DNA from: Pseudomonadota bacterium
GTDB lineage: Bacteria > Bdellovibrionota_B > Oligoflexia > Oligoflexales > CAIMVM01
Length of the DNA: 34,494 nucleotides
Direction of reading: 5' to 3'
NCBI GenBank assembly: GCA_037142195.1
Contig: JBAXBA010000036.1
Coordinates: forward strand, 1 to 34,494
The translations under genes were made by a program, and so were the position numbers. Positions 9,632 to 18,203 of this stretch are shown here, piece by piece. How positions within the stretch are numbered: the stretch's first letter is position 1; every line of letters starts with the position of its first letter. A model generated the notes under the pieces. The model saw nothing but the letters and a program-made list of their open reading frames with translations. It was not told the DNA's origin and searched no databases.

Positions 9632-10704
9632 TTGTAATCGACTCCGCTCATCAGAAGCTTGAGGTTAGAGGGAGATGAAGCTGCTAAAAGTGCATCCTCT
9701 TCAGAAATAAGGCCTTTGGTCAGAAGTTCGGTGATCGCTAGATCAAAACTCATCATGCCATAGGTGTCATGTCCACTATGAATAGCGTCGTGGATCGCAT
9801 CAAAATTATCACCTTCTAAAATCACATTTTTAATGAGTTGATTGACTAGCATAATTTCAATTGCGGGAACCATTTTGGCAGAGTCTCTGCGTGGGAGAAG
9901 TCTTTGGGAAAGAACAGCTTTTAAGGTAGAAGATAGCTGAGAGCGAATCACTTTGTGTTGGTGGGGTGAAAAGTAGCTTAATATCCGGTTGATGGCATCA
10001 ACAGCGTCAAAGGTGTGGAGCGTTGAAAGAACCAAGTGCCCTGTTTCAGCTGCCATGAGGGCTGTTTCTGTGGTTTCTTTGTCCCGTAGCTCTCCCACTA
10101 AAATCACATCTGGGTTTTGGCGGAGAGCGCCCCTTAGAGCAGTAGCAAAGGACGCGGTGTCGACGCCAACCTCTCTTTGATTGATAGTAGATTTGGCTTC
10201 TTTATAAACGTATTCAATGGGGTCCTCAATGGTGATGATGTGGGCTGCTCGTTCATGATTGATTTTTTCGATAATGGCTGCGAGAGTTGTAGTTTTACCG
10301 GAACCTGTTGCGCCGGTAACAAGAACTAGCCCACGCTTCAATGTAGCTATCTCGTTACAGATAATGGGGAGCTGCAGCTCTTCGACGGTTCGGATATTAT
10401 TATTAATCACGCGTAGTACCAAACCAATCTGTTGGCGTTGCTTAAAGCAGCTCACGCGAAAGCGAGCGCCAAAAGTGGATTCGTAGGCGTAGTCAACTTC
10501 CCCTTTGGTTTCAAAAAGCTCTCGCACATTCTTGGGCATCATAAAGCTAATCCATTCCACAAGCACTTCATGAGTTAGGGGGATGCCTTCTTGAAGAGGA
10601 ACCAAGCCGCCATTATGTCTAAATTTGGGCACTTGGCCGGTCTTTAGCAGGATATCACTGGCACCACCGCGAACTGCTACTTTTAAGATTTGTTCAAATT
10701 TCAT
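9628..10704 (-). CDS. pilT: PilT/PilU-family type IV pilus retraction ATPase
   Basis: GASDILL, Walker A GATGSGKTTT, Asp box TIEDPIE, LRQNPDVILVGELRD, His box GHLVLSTLHT. The AIRNLIRE motif has diverged to LIKNVILE, so this is probably a paralog. Confidence 0.88.
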   Translation of the reverse strand: MKFEQILKVAVRGGASDILLKTGQVPKFRHNGGLVPLQEGIPLTHEVLVEWISFMMPKNVRELFETKGEVDYAYESTFGARFRVSCFKQRQQIGLVLRVINNNIRTVEELQLPIICNEIATLKRGLVLVTGATGSGKTTTLAAIIEKINHERAAHIITIEDPIEYVYKEAKSTINQREVGVDTASFATALRGALRQNPDVILVGELRDKETTETALMAAETGHLVLSTLHTFDAVDAINRILSYFSPHQHKVIRSQLSSTLKAVLSQRLLPRRDSAKMVPAIEIMLVNQLIKNVILEGDNFDAIHDAIHSGHDTYGMMSFDLAITELLTKGLISEEDALLAASSPSNLKLLMSGVDYK

Positions 10705-12208
10705 GGTTTTGCCTTTTTACATCTGAAGTATTTTTAGTTTTGAATAGGTTTTTAACTGGTTGCCAACGGTGGGATGCCAGCAAGGGAAAAAGCAAGAAGA
10801 GAATTCCAGGATTTGGGTGTTGGGCGGAAGCTACAGCGCAACCAAACACCTTGCGGTCTACTATGATATTTTTTGTCGAGCTTTTTTTCTCAGGTATGGG
10901 AGTCGCAAACTGAAATCCACAAGCACTTCCATCGATTCCCTGAAGGGCTTCGTCAAATCCAAGGGATTGGGCCAATTCCATGGTTTTACAACGCTCAGAT
11001 TCACCAGGCGACGCCAAAAGCAGGGCATGAAGGGCATCATGTAGAGAAGATTCAGGCTTAAGAAATTTTAGGGACTCTAATACCGTCTGATCATATCTTT
11101 CTCCAAAAGTCTCTCGAAGGAGCCAAAGGAGTCTAGAAAAAAATTGCGACTTCATGTGTTTAGACCAATCTTTTCCTTCCCGATAGAATTTGTATTCAGA
11201 GGGAAGAAGAGCGGAACGAAGGGGGACTCCAGAAACCATAATGGTCTCAGCGAGATTGGGGTCTTCTCCCATGGCAAAGGCAAAGTAGTCGGCATAGCCT
11301 TCGTGAAGAATGCCAGACTCACCACGAGCTGTCTTAAGGGTCTGGAAGATAATGTGATGGGAATACTCATGGGTGATAACATCTAAGTCTCTTGCTAAGT
11401 CGGTCATTATCATGGTGTCCCCTTGGCCTATTTTGATAAGGGGGCCATTTCCGCTTTCAGGAGTGTAGGAGCCATTGTTAATGTCTTCCGGACCATCCAA
11501 ATGTATGAGAACTTCCACTTTGTCGATAAGTTTCACACCATGGTTTTGAAACCATTTTGTAACTTGATCCAGTCTCCAAAAAATTTGTACTTGGTCAAAA
11601 AATGAGGGCTCGGTTTCAGGAGAAAAAACCATTTCAGGGCTGATTTTTACACGCTCGCTCACAGCAGAAGAAATAGAAAAGAAATCCGTTTCCAGAAAGC
11701 CACTCAGTGATTCTTGAGGGGTTTCTACTTCAGAGGTCTCGCGTTTTCTGGAATTCGTCACATAGACTCGTGCCACGTCAAACGCATGGTCCTCGACATA
11801 TACCACTTTATTATTTTGAAGATTTACAAAATATTTAGCCGTTGGGGTGTTTATAGATTTTACGGGGATCATGTGTTTGTGGTCTAGAATCCAGCCTTCT
11901 TGAAGGGGCAAGCTGGGAGATAGAATTTCCGCTTTTGAAGGGTAGTTAGATAGGCGCACTTCCAAGGAATTTGAAAGTATTTCAAATGAGTTGAAAACGA
12001 CGAGGCCGCGACACGTAAAAGTGGATCTTTCCACCCCATCATCTGTAAGAAGAACTTTTTCGCACTCCGGGTGAACCTCAGGAGCCAGCAATTGAGCGTG
12101 GGGGATTAGGGGTGATTCTTCTAATGTAAATCCATACCCCTTCGAGGACAAAAGACACATGAAGGTCATTTGCATGACCAATTGAAAGTCTTTTAAAAGC
12201 CTTACCAA
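10694..12208 (-). CDS. Secreted zinc metallopeptidase (M4/M36-like gluzincin) with C-terminal GC-plus-hydrophobic sorting signal
   Basis: DVITHEYSH (HExxH), third ligand in LHEGYADYF, N-terminal signal, C-terminal FGCAVASAQHPNPGILFLLFPLL; TTG start with GAGG RBS. Confidence 0.8.
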   Translation of the reverse strand: MVRLLKDFQLVMQMTFMCLLSSKGYGFTLEESPLIPHAQLLAPEVHPECEKVLLTDDGVERSTFTCRGLVVFNSFEILSNSLEVRLSNYPSKAEILSPSLPLQEGWILDHKHMIPVKSINTPTAKYFVNLQNNKVVYVEDHAFDVARVYVTNSRKRETSEVETPQESLSGFLETDFFSISSAVSERVKISPEMVFSPETEPSFFDQVQIFWRLDQVTKWFQNHGVKLIDKVEVLIHLDGPEDINNGSYTPESGNGPLIKIGQGDTMIMTDLARDLDVITHEYSHHIIFQTLKTARGESGILHEGYADYFAFAMGEDPNLAETIMVSGVPLRSALLPSEYKFYREGKDWSKHMKSQFFSRLLWLLRETFGERYDQTVLESLKFLKPESSLHDALHALLLASPGESERCKTMELAQSLGFDEALQGIDGSACGFQFATPIPEKKSSTKNIIVDRKVFGCAVASAQHPNPGILFLLFPLLASHRWQPVKNLFKTKNTSDVKRQNHEI

Positions 12209-12447
12209 CGCAAATACCTCTAGTGGAGTGCTACACAGAGGATCGGGAGAGTCTAAATATTTCTTTAGATAACAGCCGATTTGTCCTGATTTTATTGTTT
12301 AGTTTTTGGGGGTTACCGGAATGAACGCAGGTTAGAGGAGGGGATGATTCAAAAAAAGATAATCTTCAGGTAAAATTAAGGAAGCAAACGATCTGAAGAA
12401 GACAACTCGACTTTTCCCTATCAACCTTGGCGAGACTCAGAGGGTAT

Positions 12448-12879
12448 ATGAATAAGTATTTAGGGTGGCTTCTGATCTTAACCGCTACTCCGGCATGGGC
12501 AGAGGGGGTTTTTCGGACGCAAGATATTCCGGTTGGAAAAAGCATTACTATTCTTCCGAGCATGCCGGCTGCCTTAGATCTCAATTCCAAGATAGTAATC
12601 TCCTCTACGGATACCCCACAGACACTCAAATTTGAGTCTAAAAATGCTCTTGGAATTACAAAAATTCCCATTCGATTTTCCATTTGGGATCGCAAGCAGT
12701 CCGTTACAAAAAAGATTGAAGTGAAATCTGGGCAAGTGTTTCTTTACACATTTCAGAAGCTTGACTCCCTGGTCGTCATTCCTGATATGCCAAAAGGGAA
12801 AAATGCCTGGAATGAATCTTCATTGAATTTCCTTCAAGTACAAAGCGATCGCCCTCTGACCCTTGCTAGAGAGCTTTAA
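12448..12879 (+). CDS. Secreted hypothetical protein
   Basis: ATG 12448 with GAGGG RBS; signal peptide MNKYLGWLLILTATPAWA; beta-rich mature region. Confidence 0.7.
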   Translation: MNKYLGWLLILTATPAWAEGVFRTQDIPVGKSITILPSMPAALDLNSKIVISSTDTPQTLKFESKNALGITKIPIRFSIWDRKQSVTKKIEVKSGQVFLYTFQKLDSLVVIPDMPKGKNAWNESSLNFLQVQSDRPLTLAREL

Positions 12880-12917
12880 CAGTCTGCCCAAGGGCTGAAA
12901 AAGTGTGAGCCAAGATA

Positions 12918-12950
12918 AGCGGCGCAAGTCTTGCGCGTGAAAGTTCCGCT
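12918..12950. terminator. Hairpin between convergent genes
   Basis: GCGCAA-GTC-TTGCGC stem (12922-12936) with outer AGCG/CGCT pairing; no U-tract. Confidence 0.35.
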
Positions 12951-12988
12951 GCATAAGGATAAGTTAGATCCACTGTATATCGAGTCTG

Positions 12989-13255
12989 CTAGGCTCGATC
13001 GACATCGTTTTGGAAAGATGCGGTCTCAACGAGTGCGGCTGATTTTTGATATTGAGTCCATTCTTCACGTAACAAGACATGGCAGCACTCGTCTACAGCA
13101 CTATAAACGAGAACCGCCTTACCCTTTTTAAGCTGAGCTAAGACGGAGTCCATTTTTTCAGAAAGATTAAAATCCCCATGTCCATACTCCGTTCCTTCAC
13201 GGAGGATGTGGGCCTTGGCGACACCTAGTAAAGCCTCCCTGGAAAGCGCTTCCAA
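12989..13255 (-). CDS. YheU (UPF0270) family protein; true start probably slightly upstream
   Basis: LREGTEYG and VLAQLKKGKAVLVYS motifs of YheU; in-frame upstream codons read FIEVP. Confidence 0.8.
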   Translation of the reverse strand: MEALSREALLGVAKAHILREGTEYGHGDFNLSEKMDSVLAQLKKGKAVLVYSAVDECCHVLLREEWTQYQKSAALVETASFQNDVDRA

Positions 13256-13272
13256 AGGAACTTCGATGAAAC

Positions 13273-14592
13273 TTACGGGCGTAATAGGAAGTCTTCCCGA
13301 CCTGGTCCTGTGCCGATCTTAAGGACGGGAACACCACAAAGTTCTTCAATACGAGTAATAAATCTTCGTGCCTCTATAGGCAGCTCAGAAATAGAGCCCG
13401 TAGTCTTTATGTCAGATTTCCAGCCTGGAAAGCTTTCATAGACAGGGGTCATTTCAGCTAGAACGCTTAGGTCACTGGGAAAATGGGTCACTCGTCCTAA
13501 ACGGGGGTGATCGTAAGCCACACAGATTTTCACTTGTGGTATACCTGCGAGAATATCCATTTTATTGAGGTACATGCCATCCATGCCATTGACTTCTACA
13601 GAATATCGCATCGCTACTGCATCAAACCAACCACATCTTCGTTTTCTTCCCGTGGTGGCACCAAATTCGCGACCCTTCTCGCAAAGGATCTCGCCTGTTT
13701 CGTCTAAAAGCTCAGTGGGAAACGGGCCGCTGCCGACGCGGGTCACATAGGCTTTGGCAATACCAATCACATGTTTGACACTGCGGTGGGAAATACCAAG
13801 ATTGCCAATAGCGCCTCCGGCAGTGGTATTGGAAGAGGTTACAAAAGGGTAAGTCCCGTGATTGATGTCCAGTAGCGTGCCCTGCGCTCCTTCAAGCAAA
13901 ATCTCTTTACCTAAGGAGGCTGCATAACGGAGCCTAAACTCAGCTTCACAAACATAGTCCTTTAGCAGAGCAGCAGCTTTATTAAATTCACTCCACGCAT
14001 GCTCGTCTTTAGCTAGGTGTAGGGCAAAGCTTGGATTTGAAGAAGCCATCCGCTCCAACCATTTGCCGCGGGATTCAGGGTGGATATAATCTTCCATACG
14101 TAGGCTGGTGCGCGATGCTTTATCTGAATAAGCGGGGCCAATTCCCCGTTTGGTGGTGCCAATGGGGACTTCTGCCTGAGACTCTTGGAGGCTGTCACAC
14201 TCCATGTGCCAAGGTGTAATCACATGAGCGCGACTTGAAATCCAAATGCGACTTGGATTGACATCGGCTAATGTTTTCACTTCTGCCATTTCTTTGACCA
14301 AGGCGACTGGATTTATAACAACGCCGCAAGACAATACAGAGATATTTCCTGGGTGAAAGACGCCTGAGGGGATTTGATGCAGCACAACTTTTTTGCCGTC
14401 GATATAAAGAGTATGCCCGGCATTATTTCCGCCTTGATAACGAACCGAGAAGTGGGAGCGATTGCCTAAAATATCTACCCACTTGCCTTTTCCTTCGTCG
14501 CCCCACTGGGCACCTACAAGAATGCTCACTGTAGGATCGCTAATGATAGGCTTAGTTTCGAGGTTGCCGCGGAATTCGTAAGTCTCGCTCAT
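13273..14592 (-). CDS. purA: Adenylosuccinate synthetase
   Basis: GAQWGDEGKGK, QGGNNAGHT, IGTTKRGIGPAY, EGAQGTLLD, GATTGRKRRCGWFD. Confidence 0.98.
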   Translation of the reverse strand: MSETYEFRGNLETKPIISDPTVSILVGAQWGDEGKGKWVDILGNRSHFSVRYQGGNNAGHTLYIDGKKVVLHQIPSGVFHPGNISVLSCGVVINPVALVKEMAEVKTLADVNPSRIWISSRAHVITPWHMECDSLQESQAEVPIGTTKRGIGPAYSDKASRTSLRMEDYIHPESRGKWLERMASSNPSFALHLAKDEHAWSEFNKAAALLKDYVCEAEFRLRYAASLGKEILLEGAQGTLLDINHGTYPFVTSSNTTAGGAIGNLGISHRSVKHVIGIAKAYVTRVGSGPFPTELLDETGEILCEKGREFGATTGRKRRCGWFDAVAMRYSVEVNGMDGMYLNKMDILAGIPQVKICVAYDHPRLGRVTHFPSDLSVLAEMTPVYESFPGWKSDIKTTGSISELPIEARRFITRIEELCGVPVLKIGTGPGREDFLLRP

Positions 14593-14710
14593 TTTTCCCC
14601 CTAGGTCTTTTTTTACAAACCCTTATATGTGAAGAATATAGTGCTGTCTACTAGAAGAACGACTGATTTTGTGCTAAAACTCCCGGCATAAACGTTTCAA
14701 AGGAAGCCTC

Positions 14711-16117
14711 ATGGACCAAAGTTTTTTATGGGATGCGATTTCTCCCTTAGACGGCCGCTACGAATCTCGACTTCAGGACGTGAAGCCCTTTGTCAGCGAA
14801 GCAGGACTCATTCGTTATCGGATTCAGGTAGAAGCGGCGTGGCTTTTAGCCTTGGCACAGGAGCCTCTCATAGGCTGGGCGCCCTCAAAAGATATTCTAG
14901 ATGTTCTAAAAAAGTACTCCAAGGAAGTGCCATTGTCGGCAGTCGGCCGCGTTAAAACTTGGGAATCCACCACAAACCATGATGTCAAGGCCGTGGAATA
15001 TGCCCTGCGGGATTTGCTTTTAGAGGTAGGGGCGGCTCCGAGAGATCTTGCTATGATTCATTTTGCTTGCACGTCAGAGGACATTAATAATTTGTCCTAT
15101 GCTATCATGCTGCGCACTACACGGGATCAAGTTCTATTACCTTGGATGGACTCTGTCATCGAAACCCTCACTCAGATGTCTGAGGCTTTGGCTTCCACTC
15201 CGATGCTTTCGCGAACCCATGGACAAACCGCCAGCCCTACGACTCTTGGCAAGGAATTAGCCGTCTTCGCACATCGCTTTCAGAGACAAAGACTTCAGCT
15301 ACTAGCGGCACGTTTTGACGGGAAAATGAGTGGAGCAGTGGGTAATTACAATGCTCACATAGCCGCTTATCCGGAGCTGGATTGGCCTGTTTTTGTAAAA
15401 GGATTTATCGAAGGAAGGCTTGGACTGCATCATAACCCTCTTACTACCCAAATTGAAAATCATGATGGATTTGTTGAGTACTGCGATATGATTCGCCGAT
15501 TTTCAACCATCGCCATCGATCTTTGCCGCGACATGTGGGGTTATATTTCTATTGGCTATTTTAAACAGACCCTGAAGGCAGGAGAAGTGGGATCTTCCAC
15601 GATGCCCCATAAAGTCAATCCCATTGATTTCGAAAATGCCGAAGGCAATTTTGGTCTTGCTTGTTCCTTTGCGAGTCATTTTGGTGACAAACTTCCCATT
15701 TCTAGGTGGCAGCGAGATTTGTCGGACTCGACTGTATTGCGAAGTTTTGGGAGTTTTGCAGGCCATTTTCTATTAGGCTTGAAGAGTCTCCATAAGGGCC
15801 TTTCCAAAGTTACAGTCGATCATGTGCGCTTAGAGAAGGACTTAGAGGAGTCCTATGAAGTGCTTGGAGAAGCCATCCAAACGGTAATGCGAAGGCGAGG
15901 TATTCCTGATGCCTACGAACGCCTTAAAGCGGCTACTCGCGGGCAAGCTGTATCATCTCAAAGTTTAAATGATCTGGTCGAATCTATTAAGGAGCTTACT
16001 CCTGAAGATAAGAAATATTTGTTGGGTCTTTCCCCCTCCGGCTACACAGGACTAGCTTCTAGGCTTGCTTTAGAATGGGTAGCAGAATGGCGTGAAGCTG
16101 TAAGGAGCAAAACATGA
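14711..16117 (+). CDS. purB: Adenylosuccinate lyase (E. coli-type)
   Basis: ISPLDGRY, TTNHDVKAVEY, RTHGQTASPTT, signature GSSTMPHKVNPIDFEN, SRWQRDLSDST; divergent from purA. Confidence 0.97.
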   Translation: MDQSFLWDAISPLDGRYESRLQDVKPFVSEAGLIRYRIQVEAAWLLALAQEPLIGWAPSKDILDVLKKYSKEVPLSAVGRVKTWESTTNHDVKAVEYALRDLLLEVGAAPRDLAMIHFACTSEDINNLSYAIMLRTTRDQVLLPWMDSVIETLTQMSEALASTPMLSRTHGQTASPTTLGKELAVFAHRFQRQRLQLLAARFDGKMSGAVGNYNAHIAAYPELDWPVFVKGFIEGRLGLHHNPLTTQIENHDGFVEYCDMIRRFSTIAIDLCRDMWGYISIGYFKQTLKAGEVGSSTMPHKVNPIDFENAEGNFGLACSFASHFGDKLPISRWQRDLSDSTVLRSFGSFAGHFLLGLKSLHKGLSKVTVDHVRLEKDLEESYEVLGEAIQTVMRRRGIPDAYERLKAATRGQAVSSQSLNDLVESIKELTPEDKKYLLGLSPSGYTGLASRLALEWVAEWREAVRSKT

Positions 16118-17136
16118 AGCTTCAACTTATCGCAGAATCCCTGGGCCTACAAATAGAGCCCCACCTAGCAGACATTGAGGTAAGTGGCGTTGGTCCTTTA
16201 GATCAAGCTAAGGCTGGGCAGCTCAGTTTTTTAAGTTCCAGTGAATATCTCAAGCATGTGCCTTCGACTGAGGCCCAGGTTATATTAGTTAAGTCGAAGC
16301 TTGAAGACTGCTCGGCGGCTCAGTGGGTCGTGAAGGACCCGTATCTTACTTTTAGCAGAGTGAGTCAGCTTTTTTGGAAATTAGAACACACTTTCTCAGG
16401 TCGTTCTAGCGAGGCCTTTGTGGAAAGCGGCTCCGAGGTGAGTCCCTCAGCGACTCTCTATCCAGGCTGCTATATTTCCCGTGGTGCTAAGATCGGTGCA
16501 AGATCTGTGATCTATCCTTTTGTATTTATTGGCGAAGATGTAACGATAGGCGAAGATTCCGTAATACATGCCAATTCTGTCCTCGAACCTAGTGTCGTAG
16601 TAGGATCAAAAGTTAGAATTTTTGGAAACTGCACAATCGGGGCCGATGGTTTTGGATTTGCTCCGAGTTCTGTGCGCATGGAAAAGATTCCTCAGATAGG
16701 CACCGTTGTTATTGAAGATGACGTGGAAGTGGGGCCAGGATGTACGATCGACCGAGCCACTTTTGGGAGCACTCGAATTGGGCGCGGCACGAAGCTGGAT
16801 AGTCAGGTTCATATTGGTCATAACGTGGAACTAGGACAACATAATCTTATTTGCGGTAAAGCCGGTTTTGCCGGATCCGCTAAATCTGAGGATTTCGTGG
16901 TAGTTGGAGGGAATTCCAATATTGGCAATTTAGTGACCCTTCATCAGGGGGTACGGGTAGGGGGCGGATCTACCGTGACAAAGTCGCTCCATGAACCCGG
17001 AGACTATGCTGGTTTTCCCGCTGAGAAGATCAAAGAGTGGCGAAAAAATATGGTGTTCATCAGACGCTTGGAAGCCACGGAGCAGAGAATTAAAGTCTTA
17101 GAAGATGCCCTAAGAAAAAATCTTAGCCTCACCTAG
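16114..17136 (+). CDS. lpxD: UDP-3-O-(3-hydroxyacyl)glucosamine N-acyltransferase
   Basis: Hexapeptide repeats, IGADGFGF, KIPQIGTVVIEDDVEVG, TIDRATFGST, QVHIGHNV; ATGA overlap with purB. Confidence 0.96.
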   Translation: MKLQLIAESLGLQIEPHLADIEVSGVGPLDQAKAGQLSFLSSSEYLKHVPSTEAQVILVKSKLEDCSAAQWVVKDPYLTFSRVSQLFWKLEHTFSGRSSEAFVESGSEVSPSATLYPGCYISRGAKIGARSVIYPFVFIGEDVTIGEDSVIHANSVLEPSVVVGSKVRIFGNCTIGADGFGFAPSSVRMEKIPQIGTVVIEDDVEVGPGCTIDRATFGSTRIGRGTKLDSQVHIGHNVELGQHNLICGKAGFAGSAKSEDFVVVGGNSNIGNLVTLHQGVRVGGGSTVTKSLHEPGDYAGFPAEKIKEWRKNMVFIRRLEATEQRIKVLEDALRKNLSLT

Positions 17137-17155
17137 TATTTTTAGAGGGCCTCTC

Positions 17156-17809
17156 ATGTGTTACTCCGTTATGGTGAAACAAGATTTAGCTTATCTGTCT
17201 AAGATTTTTGGCGCCAAGGTAAAGCAAGAAGAATTTGATAATTTAAGTAAGCCATCTCGTTTAGATTCTAAGGTTCCTAAGTATACCCCAAGGCTTTATC
17301 CAGGATACTTTGGGCCCATTCTTTTTGCGGAAGAAAAGGGGCTGCAGTTAGCTCCCATGCGCTATCGGCTGCGGCCTGCGGGATCCCCTGAGGAAGTCCC
17401 CGCCAAATACAATATGTTTAATGCGCGTTTAGATGCTTTAGAGGTAAGGCCAAGCTGGCAAAGACTGCTTGGAAGAAAACAAGGTATTGTGGTTTTGGAG
17501 CGATTCTATGAATGGGTTGAAGATCAAAATACGGGTCGTAAAAAGGTCATCAGTTTTTTTCCTCAAAAGAGTTCGGAAATCTATGTTCCCGTACTTTGGG
17601 ATGAATGGACTGACGGTCAAACCCAATTAAAATCCTTTGCCCTCATTACTGATGAACCACCACGAGAGGTTTTAAGTGCTGGACATGACCGCTGTCCTAT
17701 TAGTTTAAATCTTGAGGGAGCCCATCTTTGGCTCTCTTGTCAAAAACCATATGAAGCTTTAAAGCATCGAAGCGTTGAGGTTTTTGGCCATGTGGCATCT
17801 GTACCGTAG
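17156..17809 (+). CDS. SOS response-associated peptidase (SRAP/YedK/HMCES family, abasic-site crosslinking)
   Basis: Met-Cys2 N-terminus, FNAR, FYEW, and HDRCP (family consensus HDRMP). Confidence 0.88.
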   Translation: MCYSVMVKQDLAYLSKIFGAKVKQEEFDNLSKPSRLDSKVPKYTPRLYPGYFGPILFAEEKGLQLAPMRYRLRPAGSPEEVPAKYNMFNARLDALEVRPSWQRLLGRKQGIVVLERFYEWVEDQNTGRKKVISFFPQKSSEIYVPVLWDEWTDGQTQLKSFALITDEPPREVLSAGHDRCPISLNLEGAHLWLSCQKPYEALKHRSVEVFGHVASVP

Positions 17810-18203
17810 CAGTGTGAATTTTTTGACTCTAACAAAACACGGTGCGGTCCCAGTTCCAAATCCGAAATAGCTCTATAGTATGTCTAGTACAATCCATTTC
17901 GGTGTAAGTCGAGATGGATTGTGTGTTCTTGTTTCAAAAAAGAGTCGCTTTGATGTCTGCATCTGCAGGGATGAATGGGCTTCTTGTGTGGGGACTGAAA
18001 GTGCAAGTGTCAAAATTCACATATAGAATACTGGATGGTACGCTTCTATGTCGCGCGCTGGTTGTGGAACTTTACACTCGCGTAGGTTTGGATCGTCAAG
18101 CGTAAAGTATCGCCCACCAAAGATAGAGGAAGCAAGTTGATCAAGAAAGCGAAGGCTTGCAATAGAAAAATAAAGGAAATTTATAGCCTGGTATTCTTTA
18201 GCT

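Noticed and set aside
17914..18105. 63-aa intergenic ORF
   Set aside because: No convincing RBS or recognisable motif; overlaps predicted RNA stems.
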